A stretch of DNA of 64,000 nt from a virus. The DNA lies in the IMG/VR virus record IMGVR_UViG_3300024350_000006; one strand, given 5' to 3'. Made by a program: the position numbers and the translations under genes. Below the pieces are notes generated by a model, which saw only the letters and a program-made list of their open reading frames with translations, ran no database searches and had not been told where the DNA came from. Numbering within the stretch: position 1 is the first letter of the stretch; each line of letters opens with the position of its first letter. Of the stretch, positions 9,141-20,454 are shown piece by piece.

Positions 9141-12100
9141 ATGGCAAAACAAACAATAAACCTTGGCTCAGGGCCAGACAGCTACACTGGCGATAGTTTA
9201 AACGTAGCCTTCACTAAAATAAACGAAAACTTTACCGAGCTCTATGCTGGTAATTCCGTGGGTAACATAAGATCCAGCGGCAACATTATTGCCAACACCA
9301 GCCTCAGAACCGACGGGTTCATACGTGGTGACAGCCTGGAAATTATTTCCAATGCCTCAGTACTGGGTACTATTTCAGCCAATAACTTTACCTACGCCAA
9401 TGGTGTGGCACTGGGTAATTTCAGTAATGTCACTATTAATACTTCGGGAAATATCTCAGGTAACACAATTTCAGCTAATTCATTCTCGGGCTCAGGTACC
9501 TTCACTGATGTCGTAGTCACTGGCAACCTATCAGTCAACGGCACTACTACCTATATTGATGTCACTAGAACTAATATCTCGGACCCCATCGTGGAAATTG
9601 GTGGGAACACGGCTGGTGGCGCACTGACCAGTAACGACACCAAGGATCGAGGGTTCATATTACACTACTATAATGGTGCTGCCCGTGATGCCTTCCTGGG
9701 CTGGGACGTTAGTAGTAGCGAATTTAGAATCGCAAGTAACGCCATTGTGGTCAACAATGAAGTACTGTTATACAATACCTACGCCAACGTGCGAGCTGGA
9801 TACTTTATAGGTAACGGAAGTCAGCTTACAGGAATAACAAGCTATGCTAATTCTAATGTTGTGGCCTACGCAGCGGCTGGCTGGTCTGGTAATATCATAC
9901 CAAATGCTAATAGTACCTACACACTAGGTAACTCAACAAATCAGTGGAAAAGCTTATATGTAAGCAATAATACAATTTTTATTGATAATATCCCTATTAG
10001 TGTTTCTAATGGATCACTCAGCGTAAACAATCAACCAGTGGCAAGTACGGGTTGGTTCTCTTTTGATCAGGCCGTGATCAAGGGCAGTAGCGACTACCAG
10101 TATACTTTTAACTACGACGGTTATTTTAGTAGTTCTCAGAATACAGAAAGTCCCAACTACTTTTTTGTACCCTATAACACCGTTAATTCTCAGATTGAAG
10201 CTGGGTGGTTAGTACAAGGTTCTCTATGCGACACCACAGTGGCAAACACAGTGTATCCCGTGGGTGGTTATCCTGGTGTTATAAAAGTAAATCTAACTAC
10301 TCCAGCTTCGGGAACTGTTGGATTTTACCCAGTTACAGTTACAAGTCCGCAGCACCAACAGGTTAGATTGGAACCTGAGCCTGGTAGTGGTACACAATTT
10401 ATTTTTGACAACTCTGGTAACTTAACCTTGCCTGGTGGAGCCATTGTTGGTGGTTCTAGTTATGATATTAATCTAGTTGCTAGTGATGATGGCGTAGCCA
10501 CCGCTGGTACCATAAACATAAAGACTAATAACCCCGCTATTGGAGAATCTTTTTCTTGGCAGTTTAATTCACTGGGTGAAATAGAACTTCCGCAGGGTGG
10601 TTTGATTAAAGAAGGTGGTGGTCCATTTGGTAGTAGTATTACACTAGAACCAGCAAACATTACTGACGGTGATCAGGTGCTAGTTGTATATCCCACCTTT
10701 GCGGAAGGTAATCATTTACATCTTACCACAGGCAATCTCTACAACACTGAAATGTATCTGGGTAGCGACGACTATTATGTAAAGTTGACTAATAGCGGAA
10801 CTATTGTAGTTAATGCTAACGACAACACTAGCTCTCAGGCTACGTGGGAATTTATGCCTCTTGGCGATTTAAGACTTCCCCAAGGAGGCGTAATTGGCGA
10901 GACGGCGAATCCCGGAAGTTTTCCAGGTTCGGCCATTGGCCTACAACCAGATGGGTTCATAAATCTTAATCAAAAGCTTCTAGTATATCCCACTGGCGGC
11001 ACAGACTACAATCACCTGCATTTAACTTCTGGTGATCTGTATGATACTGAACTTTACTTGGGTAATGATAATCTCTATGTTAAATTAGCCAACACAGGCA
11101 ATGTGGAAATTCGTGCCGATGATAATTCAGGTAATAGTGCCCAGTGGACTTTGAGCAAAGACGGGAACATCACATTACCAACCAATATCTCTCGAATAAA
11201 CTATGCAAATGGTACAAGTATTCTAGAAGGGGTTAGCAGTAACTATGGTAATACCGAGGTCGCTGCTTATCTACCAACATATACAGGTAACTTGGCTGCC
11301 TCCCGGGCACAGGTGACCAACAGCCTAGATTTTATGTATGGTGGTTTTCCTCACTTTGGATGGCAGTTAGCTAACTCAGAAACTCTACAACTTCGAGTTA
11401 ACTTAGCATCGGGAGATCTTAATACTAATGTAGTCACTGTTGATAGGCAGAGTGGTAATGTAACTTTTGCTCAAAGTATTATAACAACCGACGGTATTTA
11501 CTGGAGCAATGGCAATGCCTACAGCACAGGTACCAGTTACACTGACAGTAATGTTACTTCATTATTGAGCTCCCTGGGCTCTAATGTAATTTCCACCACG
11601 GGTAACATTTCAGGTAACTTTGTTGCACCTGCTTCCACAGCCAACACACAAATACTGTTTAATAATTCCGGCAGAATAGGTGGTGTGCCACAGTTCACCT
11701 TTGATATAAATGGCAATACATTAACTCTGGCAGGTAGCTCAACACTTAAAGTGGCGGATATTCAAACACCTTCAGGTGCACTGAGACTGATACCTAGCTC
11801 GGGCATTACTTACAGCTACGGTAATTTCCATCCATTATTTGCCAATACTTACAGTCTAGGACAATCCTCAGGCCGCTGGCAGAGCTTCTTTGCAAACACC
11901 GCCAATGTTGTCACATTGGAAACAGAGGGCAATATCAGTACAGGTAACCTTATTACTGCTAATACAGGAAACGTAATTCTGGGTGGCGCAAATAGTTATC
12001 TGAAACAAAACAGTAGTAACGCACGTATTAATTTATCAGGTAGTATCACACTAACTCCTGACACTAATGCAGATGCTACCAATGGTGTTATAATTGGCGG

Positions 12101-14294
12101 CAATGGGTATCTGTTATCCTCTAGCGGCAGCAGAAATGCAGTCTTAAACTACGGTGGCGGTTCAGGCACAATGGGAATTTACACACTCAATGTCTATGGT
12201 AACACTGCCACTGCTATCCACAACGGCGGAGCCAACGGCGTGGGGAATATTGGTGGTAATACTTCCAATAGATTTAATACCTTGTTTGCTCTAGCTGCTG
12301 ATTTGACTGGTAATTTAACTGCTGGTAATATCCTAACAAATAATTTTTACTATGCTAATGGAACACCATTTGTTCCCGGCAGCACCTATACCGACAGCAA
12401 TGTAACATCGTTATTGGCTGCACTGGGCTCTAACTCCATCAGTACCACGGGCAACATCACGGCAGGTAATATCAGTGGCAATATTTCCATTACTGGAAAC
12501 GTAACTGGTACCAGCACTAACGTAACCTTGGTTGCAGGTAGTTACAGTTGGACATTTAACAATGCTGGTAATCTTGTACTACCTGGTAATACATTTAGCA
12601 TTAACTATGCCAACGGCGCAGCGGTGAGCCTAGGCAGTGGTGGTGCTGGTAATTATGGTGATAGCAATGTAGTATCTCTGTTAGGCGCCTACGGTTCTAA
12701 TACTATGACCACCACAGGAAACATCACAGGTGGTAATTTAATTGCTTACAGTACCATTTTTGGCAATCCGGATATTATATTAGGTAATACTGCCAATACT
12801 TCAGCTACCAAGACACGCATTGTATCCGATGCCGCATTTAGCTATATCCAAACAGGTAACGGAACTGCTGGTACTACGGGTAACATTGTATTTGCCCCAT
12901 ATGCATCTGCTACACAAAAAGTTGTAGTAGATACTTCTAGCGGCAACATCAGCACCATAGGCAACACTGCGTTTACCACAAATAATGGCTCCCTAGTGTT
13001 TAACACCGGCGCTTATATCAGTGGTAATGGTGCACCAATCTCCAGAGAAGGCAGTATTGTTTTATCACCCTACACAGGTGCAGGATCCACATTCCCTGGA
13101 GTTGTGATCGGCGGTGCTGGTAGATTGATGGCCCCAAATGGTAGTGTACATCAAATATTCAATCCTAGTGATGTTACAACGCAGGTAGCTAGCAAAATAA
13201 CAGTTGGCACATCTGCTACATCAACCACAACTGGTGCATTACAAGTCACAGGTGGTGTGGGCGTAAGTGGTAACATCTATGCAGGCGGCACTGCCACCAC
13301 AGGTGTTGGTGCATTGGTGGCTGGTGTTACAAACACATTGTTAGCTAATACCTCGGCTGGATTTACTGCCAATGTAAACAGCTATGCACAAGTCACGTTC
13401 CAAAATAAAAATACCGGTGCTGATGCCACGGCTGATTTTATTCTTACAGCAGATAACGGTTCCGATTCAGTAAACTACGGTGACTTTGGTATAATTAACT
13501 CGGGTTACGATAATGCTACACCCACCAACAGTCTGGGTAACATTGTCTATGCCGCCGACACCTACTTGTATGCACAGGGCAATGTTTCCAATTCAAGTCA
13601 GAGTGGTGGTAACCTTGTAATTGGTACCACCACTCCAGATAAAACAGTCAAGATATTTGCGGGTGGTGCTAATGTAAGTTCTCTAGTGGCCAATATCTCC
13701 AACGTGGGCGTTAGCATCACTGGCTCACTGACCACCACGGGAAATATCACCACAGCGAACATAACTGGTACTTCAGCCAATGTAACTATTACAGCCAACA
13801 ACTTTGTAAGTACTTTTGACACCACGGGCCTAGTCACACTGCCTGGTAACCTCACAGTGAACGGTAGTGGTGGTATCAAGATGCCCAACCTACCAGCGTT
13901 CCGTGTTTATGGTACTGTTAGTACTCAAATTACCGCGAACACTACAGTTAATTCAACACACGGTACCACAGTGGATTACAACCAAGGCAGTTATTACAAT
14001 AACACCACGGGCATATTCACTGCCCCCATAGCAGGTTTATATCATTGTTATGCCACATTGCGTGTTGGTACCAATAATGGTTTGAACCAGGCTAGCATAC
14101 AGAAAAATTCCAGCAGTTCTGGCGCTAATGTTGTAGCATTCTGGGAAACAGATACCAATACTGGAGTAGCCACACACTTCTCAATGACTGGTTACGCTAA
14201 ATGCGCAGTGGGTGATACCTTGAGATTGCAAGTAATATCAGGTAATATTAATTTAGACAGCAATGATAACTGGGGCGTCACCTATATAGGTTAA
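9141..14294 (+). CDS. Large tail-fibre/virion structural protein with C-terminal C1q-like domain
   Basis: N-terminal INLGSGPDSYTGDSLNVAFTKINENFTELY; many GNI/TGN repeats; C-terminal PAFRVY...YNNTTGIFTAPIAGLYH. Confidence 0.8.
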   Translation: MAKQTINLGSGPDSYTGDSLNVAFTKINENFTELYAGNSVGNIRSSGNIIANTSLRTDGFIRGDSLEIISNASVLGTISANNFTYANGVALGNFSNVTINTSGNISGNTISANSFSGSGTFTDVVVTGNLSVNGTTTYIDVTRTNISDPIVEIGGNTAGGALTSNDTKDRGFILHYYNGAARDAFLGWDVSSSEFRIASNAIVVNNEVLLYNTYANVRAGYFIGNGSQLTGITSYANSNVVAYAAAGWSGNIIPNANSTYTLGNSTNQWKSLYVSNNTIFIDNIPISVSNGSLSVNNQPVASTGWFSFDQAVIKGSSDYQYTFNYDGYFSSSQNTESPNYFFVPYNTVNSQIEAGWLVQGSLCDTTVANTVYPVGGYPGVIKVNLTTPASGTVGFYPVTVTSPQHQQVRLEPEPGSGTQFIFDNSGNLTLPGGAIVGGSSYDINLVASDDGVATAGTINIKTNNPAIGESFSWQFNSLGEIELPQGGLIKEGGGPFGSSITLEPANITDGDQVLVVYPTFAEGNHLHLTTGNLYNTEMYLGSDDYYVKLTNSGTIVVNANDNTSSQATWEFMPLGDLRLPQGGVIGETANPGSFPGSAIGLQPDGFINLNQKLLVYPTGGTDYNHLHLTSGDLYDTELYLGNDNLYVKLANTGNVEIRADDNSGNSAQWTLSKDGNITLPTNISRINYANGTSILEGVSSNYGNTEVAAYLPTYTGNLAASRAQVTNSLDFMYGGFPHFGWQLANSETLQLRVNLASGDLNTNVVTVDRQSGNVTFAQSIITTDGIYWSNGNAYSTGTSYTDSNVTSLLSSLGSNVISTTGNISGNFVAPASTANTQILFNNSGRIGGVPQFTFDINGNTLTLAGSSTLKVADIQTPSGALRLIPSSGITYSYGNFHPLFANTYSLGQSSGRWQSFFANTANVVTLETEGNISTGNLITANTGNVILGGANSYLKQNSSNARINLSGSITLTPDTNADATNGVIIGGNGYLLSSSGSRNAVLNYGGGSGTMGIYTLNVYGNTATAIHNGGANGVGNIGGNTSNRFNTLFALAADLTGNLTAGNILTNNFYYANGTPFVPGSTYTDSNVTSLLAALGSNSISTTGNITAGNISGNISITGNVTGTSTNVTLVAGSYSWTFNNAGNLVLPGNTFSINYANGAAVSLGSGGAGNYGDSNVVSLLGAYGSNTMTTTGNITGGNLIAYSTIFGNPDIILGNTANTSATKTRIVSDAAFSYIQTGNGTAGTTGNIVFAPYASATQKVVVDTSSGNISTIGNTAFTTNNGSLVFNTGAYISGNGAPISREGSIVLSPYTGAGSTFPGVVIGGAGRLMAPNGSVHQIFNPSDVTTQVASKITVGTSATSTTTGALQVTGGVGVSGNIYAGGTATTGVGALVAGVTNTLLANTSAGFTANVNSYAQVTFQNKNTGADATADFILTADNGSDSVNYGDFGIINSGYDNATPTNSLGNIVYAADTYLYAQGNVSNSSQSGGNLVIGTTTPDKTVKIFAGGANVSSLVANISNVGVSITGSLTTTGNITTANITGTSANVTITANNFVSTFDTTGLVTLPGNLTVNGSGGIKMPNLPAFRVYGTVSTQITANTTVNSTHGTTVDYNQGSYYNNTTGIFTAPIAGLYHCYATLRVGTNNGLNQASIQKNSSSSGANVVAFWETDTNTGVATHFSMTGYAKCAVGDTLRLQVISGNINLDSNDNWGVTYIG

Positions 14295-14297
14295 ACA

Positions 14298-14831
14298 ATG
14301 ACAATAAGAAAACTACATTCAAATAATATAACTGAAAATAGAGCAGATATCGCAACACAATATACCGAACTGTTTTTTGACGATGTGGCTAATTCTATAT
14401 TATTGCCTGATCCCACGGGATTATTAGAGACAAAGATAGGTGCTACTAGTTCAGGAACTGGGCTTAAAGGCTTTGCATCGGGTTATGTAGACGCAGGCAC
14501 GTTTATTACCCTAGACAATCTTAAGTTTAGTGTAACAACTGGCGGCAATAGAGGCCTGTGTTGTGCTACAGTAACAGGTTCAGTGAATCTTATGATCTCT
14601 GGAACATTTGGCTACATTAACGGCGTCGGTGGTGGTTCAACTAACGGAGGAACAGCGTACACTTATACCACAACTCCAAGCGGATCGTGGTTTGGTTGGA
14701 GTTTTCCCAATGCAGGTGATGGTGCTGTATATCTAGTTAATGATACTACAAACCAGCGTTTCTATAGAGTCACTATGATGATTGGTCCTAGCTATACAAA
14801 GAACTTTATCAGTATAGAACGATTAGGTTAA
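14298..14831 (+). CDS. Putative fibre-associated protein
   Basis: Gly/Thr-rich beta-type ORF within the fibre block. Confidence 0.55.
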   Translation: MTIRKLHSNNITENRADIATQYTELFFDDVANSILLPDPTGLLETKIGATSSGTGLKGFASGYVDAGTFITLDNLKFSVTTGGNRGLCCATVTGSVNLMISGTFGYINGVGGGSTNGGTAYTYTTTPSGSWFGWSFPNAGDGAVYLVNDTTNQRFYRVTMMIGPSYTKNFISIERLG

Positions 14832-14849
14832 AATAAATCAGGTTAAACA

Positions 14850-15635
14850 ATGGATATTAGAGGAGTTAATTTATCAGGTGTTGCCATACGAGACACCACT
14901 GTCAAGGGCACACTGGCTAACCCTGGTGTGTCTGCGCAGGACATCTACAATTCCGGACAGACTAGTTCAGGTTGGTACTATATAAAAACCAGCACTATGG
15001 GTAGTGCACGTCAGGTCTACTGTAATATGACTGACGAGAGTGGCGGCTGGATGCTGATAGCCTACACTCCTGGATTCACTGGCACTGGTGTGGCAGGCGT
15101 AACTGCTGGCCTGGGTTATCCTAACACCTGGGAGAATGGCGAAGGTACTTTAAACAAACTTCGTGCCAGCACAATGGATCTCTGGTACCATAATAGCACG
15201 GCACAGTGTTCACAGGTATTAAAGATGGCCAGTACTACGGCGAGTCAAACTCCACTGCTGGCTAGTATGAGTATAGCCAATAAAGTTATATACACCAATG
15301 CCAGTAATTTATCATTAAGTGCGGTGAGTAATTATCCAGCATTTGTAAATAATACCCCAATGACAGGTACCTGGTATCCAGTCAAAGGGCATACACAAAT
15401 GAACACTAGCCTGAGTGTAAATGCACCAGGTGATTGGATATATCAGGCTAACTCCTGGTGGACAGTTTGTGGACCTAGTACAGAATTGCAAGCTCAGGGT
15501 CGTTCGGGTAATGCACAGGGTACTGGTTCCTGGACTAGCCCATCAGCAAACAATCTCTACGGTATGTCTGATGTAACCGCTGTCACAAACAGTCTTCGTT
15601 CTGACATTAATAGCTACGCAGTCTACATAAAATAA
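14850..15635 (+). CDS. Fibrinogen-like domain virion protein
   Basis: SGWYYIK...QVYCNMTDESGGWMLIA motif. Confidence 0.72.
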   Translation: MDIRGVNLSGVAIRDTTVKGTLANPGVSAQDIYNSGQTSSGWYYIKTSTMGSARQVYCNMTDESGGWMLIAYTPGFTGTGVAGVTAGLGYPNTWENGEGTLNKLRASTMDLWYHNSTAQCSQVLKMASTTASQTPLLASMSIANKVIYTNASNLSLSAVSNYPAFVNNTPMTGTWYPVKGHTQMNTSLSVNAPGDWIYQANSWWTVCGPSTELQAQGRSGNAQGTGSWTSPSANNLYGMSDVTAVTNSLRSDINSYAVYIK

Positions 15636-15644
15636 TTCAGATAT

Positions 15645-16331
15645 ATGATAATTCAAGGTGTATCATTAACAGGAACAAGAGTTGTTGATGCTTCTATTAT
15701 AACATCTAATCTTGCGATTTGGCTGGACGCTGACAATTCAACCAGCTATCCCGGAACAGGTACCAGCGTCTTTGATTTATCTGGTAACGGATATACACAT
15801 ACACTAAGTTCATCAGGAATCTATACCACACTCAGTGGTGTCAAATGTTTTGATTGTTCTAGCACGGGGGAGGTATCCGCCGCTGTGACTGGACCAATAC
15901 TACCCACCACGGGTTTTACCTACATTTGTTGGGGTAGATTGCTAAACAGTACATCGGGCTGGCGAACATTATGGAGGACCACACCAGATGACCATCCATT
16001 ATTAATAGAACTAGGGAGTAATCGCCTGGGTATGTACGACAATAACGGTGGTTTGTTTCAGTATTCTGGTTACACTGCCACTGGATTAGCAAATATTTGG
16101 GTGCAATATGCTGTGACGGGAACTAATACAGCACAAACATTTTACATTAATGGACAGCAGGTGGGAACCACTGCCTACGGTACTGGTGGAAATCGTCATA
16201 ATGAATGGGGTAGCACTGGTGGCGGACAACCGTTTGGGTATGTTGCTAATATGTTTTTATATTCTAAGATTCTCACACAAGAACAAATACAGCAAAACTA
16301 TTATGGTTTAAAAGGAAGGTTTGGTGTATAA
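15645..16331 (+). CDS. Concanavalin A-like lectin/LamG domain protein
   Basis: LAIWLDADNSTSYPGTGT..DLSGNG; FYINGQ; YSKILTQEQIQQNY. Confidence 0.85.
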   Translation: MIIQGVSLTGTRVVDASIITSNLAIWLDADNSTSYPGTGTSVFDLSGNGYTHTLSSSGIYTTLSGVKCFDCSSTGEVSAAVTGPILPTTGFTYICWGRLLNSTSGWRTLWRTTPDDHPLLIELGSNRLGMYDNNGGLFQYSGYTATGLANIWVQYAVTGTNTAQTFYINGQQVGTTAYGTGGNRHNEWGSTGGGQPFGYVANMFLYSKILTQEQIQQNYYGLKGRFGV

Positions 16332-16336
16332 CTAAT

Positions 16337-17089
16337 ATGATTATTCAAGGAGTAACACTTAACGGAGTAACAGTAACTGACACTAGGTATGTGACTGCAA
16401 ACTTGCAGTATTACCTGGATGCAGGTAAAACCACAAGCTACAGTGGTAGTGGCACTTCTATCAACAACATTGCTAACACTGCTATATCTACCAGTACCTT
16501 GGCCAATGGCCCTGTGTTCACTTCAGCAGGTAGTAATAGTTATTTTACTTTTGATGGTAGCAATGACACACTTTATACACCCAGTATGATAAGCCTATTT
16601 AACAGCCCAGTTAATAATAATCTCACCCTGGAGGCCTGGGTTTACACTAGCTCTGATAACGGTGTAGTCGTAACCGAACAAGGCGCTAGTCCCATTAATA
16701 GTGGTTGGCACGACAGCCAGATAGAGATAGTGTCAGGTAATCTAAGAGTTTCAGTATGGACTCCCAGTGGCATAAGTCCCCTTACCATTGGCGCGGTCAC
16801 ACGAAATCAATGGCAGCAATATGTTTTAACCTACGATTCCGCCACGTCTACTCTACGTGGTTATATAAATGGGTCAACAACCGCAAGCCTGACTGGAGTT
16901 TCAAGAGACAGTCCACAGGAAGGGTTTGCCTCAGAGTTGTACTACGCTTTGATGTGTGCAGACGGAACCAGTCTTGGTGATGGCAGCTCATTGGCAGGTC
17001 GTTGGAGTATATTCCGTGTATATAATCGAGCACTCTCCGCGGCTGAAGTTCTGCAGAACTACAATGCTGAGGTTGGTAGATATAGTTAG
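16337..17089 (+). CDS. Concanavalin A-like lectin/LamG domain protein
   Basis: YYLDAGKTTSYSGSG; FTFDGSND; TLEAWV; RVYNRALSAAEVLQNYNA. Confidence 0.87.
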   Translation: MIIQGVTLNGVTVTDTRYVTANLQYYLDAGKTTSYSGSGTSINNIANTAISTSTLANGPVFTSAGSNSYFTFDGSNDTLYTPSMISLFNSPVNNNLTLEAWVYTSSDNGVVVTEQGASPINSGWHDSQIEIVSGNLRVSVWTPSGISPLTIGAVTRNQWQQYVLTYDSATSTLRGYINGSTTASLTGVSRDSPQEGFASELYYALMCADGTSLGDGSSLAGRWSIFRVYNRALSAAEVLQNYNAEVGRYS

Positions 17090-17165
17090 TTTTGAGTTAT
17101 AGCAGTACAGCTATATTACCACATATCAGTACCAAATAAATACTAGATAACTAACAAGAGATATA

Positions 17166-19994
17166 ATGGCATTAACTCGCCCCACATTTGATCAGACACT
17201 GAGCACTAAAATTGAGATCACCGATCCCGTGGTGATGATCAATAAAGGTGGAAACACGGCCCGAGATCTGGGATTTTTAATTGATCGTAGCTATCTAGCT
17301 CAATCCAATGTCGCCATAATTTTTAAACACAGTGATCAAACACTGCACTTTGTAACTACCGACGGAGGTGGGGACACTAACGGTAGTTTTACTATTAATA
17401 CTAAAGTGGACATCAGCACGGGAAATATTAGTGCAGGTAACCTTAACCTAACAGGAAATATAACCACAGGATCGGGCACCACTCAGTTTACAGGTAATCT
17501 TATTCCCAGTGCCAACATTACCTATGATCTAGGTTCAGCTACCAATCGCTGGCGCGATATCTTTTTAAGTGGCAACACTATTAATCTAGGTGGCGCTAGT
17601 ATTAAAACAGATGCTAGCAGTGGAGCTATTGCCCTTATACCTCCTAGCACTGCGTCTAATCCTAATCCCACAGGTGTAGTAATTAGTCCAGTAGGTAGTA
17701 TTACAACGGTGGCCACCACGGGCGGAGAAATATCAGGAAATAATCTAGCTAATGCTGCAAATACAGCAGCCACCAACCAGACAACAACGCTATCTAATTT
17801 AATCGTTGATGGTAATTTAACTTTTAACAAATACATTGTAGGAAATTTAATACCTAATGTCAATGTTAGTTATAGTCTAGGTAATAGCACTAATAGATTT
17901 AAAGACCTTTGGGTAGCTAATAGTTCAATATATCTAGGTAATATTGTTTTGAGTGCAACTGATACTGCTCTTAAAATTAATAATGTAGAAGTTCAAAGTT
18001 TATACACACTTAGTAGCATAAACGCTGCAAACATAAGCGGACAGGTGGCAAATGCACTAGTAGCTGGTACAGTTTACACCAATGCACAGCCTAATATTAC
18101 TTCTTTGGGAACACTGGCAAGTCTATCAGTTACTGGTAATATTAGTGCAGGTAACATTAGTGCTACTGGTATAAGTGGTACACTATCTACTGCAAGTCAG
18201 ACAAATATAACCGCAGTTGGCACACTGGACAGTTTATCAGTTACTGGTAATATTAGTGCAGGTAACATTAGTGCAACTGGCATTTCAGGAACATTATCAA
18301 CAGCAGCACAAACTAATATAACAAGTGTGGGTACACTCGGTAGTCTTGCTGTAACAGGAAATATTAGTGCAGGTAATATTAGTGCAACTGGTATTTCAGG
18401 TACACTATCTACTGCAAGTCAAACTAATATAACCGCAGTTGGCACACTGGACAGTTTAATAGTTACCGGAAATATAACAAGTAGCACAGGCAATTTTATT
18501 GGTAACGGCGCACTGCTTACTGGACTACCAGCTAGCTATGCAAATACCAATGTCGCAAGCTACCTTCCAACGTACACAGGAAATATATCCGCTGGTAATA
18601 TTAGCGTAACCACAAACGTCAGTGTCACTGGAAATATTAGTGCTAGTTATCTACTAGGTAACGGAAGCCAGTTAACTGGTTTATCATCATCATATTCTAA
18701 CACCAATGTAGCTAGTTATCTACCTACATACTCAGGAAATCTAGGTGGTACATTGACCACGGCATCACAGCCCTATATCACTGGGCTGGGTACACTCGGT
18801 AGTCTTGCTGTAACAGGAAATATTAGTGCAGGTAATATTAGTGCAACTGGTATTTCAGGTACTTTATCAACAGCAGCACAAACTAATATAACAAGTGTGG
18901 GTACACTAGGTAGTCTATCAGTTACTGGTAATATTAGTGCAGCTAATCTTACAACTACTGCCAATGTATTTGCAAGTACTTTATATACTACTGACGGTAT
19001 ACGATGGTCTGGCAATGGTAATTTGTTCTCCTCGGGGACTAGTTTAACATTTACGTCATCTACAGCGCCACCGGCGAGTGGCAACGTCAAAGGTGATAAA
19101 TGGTATAATACCAGTGATGATACACTATACGAATACATAAACGATGGAACCACTAGTTACTGGGTGGATATACAGTCTGGACTAATAAATGGAAACGCCA
19201 GCGGCACTATTGGCCCAACCACTGTTGATGGCAATCTAACAGTACTAGGAAACCTTATTAGCGTTAATACTGTGGGTGATATAGTCTCTGTTACAGGTAA
19301 CGTTACACTAACTTCGACAGCTTTTGGTAAAATACACGTATGCACTGGAACTACAGCAGATTATACTATAATATTACCTGCTGCCTCAGGCAACACAGGT
19401 AAAATTATTACTTTTCAGATGAGTAACGCTCTAACTAAATTAGTGACACTAGACGGAAACGCCAGTGAAACTATTGACGGATCGTTAACAAGAATTATGT
19501 GGGCTAATGAAGCAGCTACATTATATTGTAATGGCACTAGCTGGACTAAGATTGCCGGGAAGTCTGTTCCTATGAATGTTTTATTATATAAAACCGGAGG
19601 AAACCAATCAGTGGGCAGTGGTGTAGCTACAAAATTAACTCTAGAAACTTTAGGAGCTAATACTGCACCAGCTGCAATGTATGATACTTCTTTATCTAGG
19701 ATAAAAATTGTAAGACCGGGGCTATATAACATAACACATTCAGGTAGAATTACAAACATAAGCACAAGTACTAATTCTGAAACACTAGGGTATAAAAATG
19801 GATCAGAATATGCAATTACAAGTAGATATATGACAACAGGGGATTGGGGATCTTGTCAATTTTCTATGTTAGTCTCTGCGGTAGTAAATGACTATTTCGA
19901 AACATACGTAAGACAATACTCCGGTGGTAATCAAAATTTTCTAAGTGGGGACTTTATGAACTCTATCTATGCTTACGAGACATCTGTATGGTAA
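17166..19994 (+). CDS. Tail-fibre-like structural protein with 37-aa internal repeats
   Basis: MALTRP start after TAAATA (17137); YDLGSATNRWRDIF motifs; repeated QTNITxVGTLxSLxVTGNISAGNISATGISGTLST. Confidence 0.8.
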   Translation: MALTRPTFDQTLSTKIEITDPVVMINKGGNTARDLGFLIDRSYLAQSNVAIIFKHSDQTLHFVTTDGGGDTNGSFTINTKVDISTGNISAGNLNLTGNITTGSGTTQFTGNLIPSANITYDLGSATNRWRDIFLSGNTINLGGASIKTDASSGAIALIPPSTASNPNPTGVVISPVGSITTVATTGGEISGNNLANAANTAATNQTTTLSNLIVDGNLTFNKYIVGNLIPNVNVSYSLGNSTNRFKDLWVANSSIYLGNIVLSATDTALKINNVEVQSLYTLSSINAANISGQVANALVAGTVYTNAQPNITSLGTLASLSVTGNISAGNISATGISGTLSTASQTNITAVGTLDSLSVTGNISAGNISATGISGTLSTAAQTNITSVGTLGSLAVTGNISAGNISATGISGTLSTASQTNITAVGTLDSLIVTGNITSSTGNFIGNGALLTGLPASYANTNVASYLPTYTGNISAGNISVTTNVSVTGNISASYLLGNGSQLTGLSSSYSNTNVASYLPTYSGNLGGTLTTASQPYITGLGTLGSLAVTGNISAGNISATGISGTLSTAAQTNITSVGTLGSLSVTGNISAANLTTTANVFASTLYTTDGIRWSGNGNLFSSGTSLTFTSSTAPPASGNVKGDKWYNTSDDTLYEYINDGTTSYWVDIQSGLINGNASGTIGPTTVDGNLTVLGNLISVNTVGDIVSVTGNVTLTSTAFGKIHVCTGTTADYTIILPAASGNTGKIITFQMSNALTKLVTLDGNASETIDGSLTRIMWANEAATLYCNGTSWTKIAGKSVPMNVLLYKTGGNQSVGSGVATKLTLETLGANTAPAAMYDTSLSRIKIVRPGLYNITHSGRITNISTSTNSETLGYKNGSEYAITSRYMTTGDWGSCQFSMLVSAVVNDYFETYVRQYSGGNQNFLSGDFMNSIYAYETSVW
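18120..18945 (+). repeat. About 111-bp (37-aa) repeats: 3 tandem copies plus 1-2 downstream
   Basis: Near-identical ...GTTACTGGTAATATTAGTGCAGGTAACATTAGTGC.ACTGG... units. Confidence 0.85.
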
Positions 19995-20022
19995 ACTACA
20001 CTAAAATATTTTAGGATAAAAA

Positions 20023-20451
20023 ATGGCATTTCCAACAGCACCAACTAATGGGCAAACTGCTACAGTTAATGGTATACTCTATGCCTATAATTCTACCACT
20101 AATTCCTGGAAGAGGCAGCTCTTATCTAATCTATCGGTAACTGGAATTTCGGGCACTAGTATAACAGTAACTGGCAATGCCACAGTGGCTAATTTAAATT
20201 TAACAGGAAATCTAGTTGACACTGGCGCACTATCAATAATTACAGGGGCCAGTGGCAACGTAACGCTAGCACCTAATGGTACCAGCGTGTTGGTTACTAC
20301 AACTACTGGTGCTAACGTAACAGGTACATTTAACGCAACTGGTAATATTACGGGAAACGTCTTTTTAGGTAATGGAAGTCAGTTAACAGGTATTGCAACA
20401 GGGGCTAGCAATGCTAGAGCTGTTGGTTTTAGTTTAGTCTTTGGAGGATAA
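20023..20451 (+). CDS. Fibre-associated structural protein
   Basis: MAFPTAPTNGQ; FLGNGSQLTGI motif shared with 9141 and 17166. Confidence 0.7.
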   Translation: MAFPTAPTNGQTATVNGILYAYNSTTNSWKRQLLSNLSVTGISGTSITVTGNATVANLNLTGNLVDTGALSIITGASGNVTLAPNGTSVLVTTTTGANVTGTFNATGNITGNVFLGNGSQLTGIATGASNARAVGFSLVFGG

Positions 20452-20454
20452 AAA

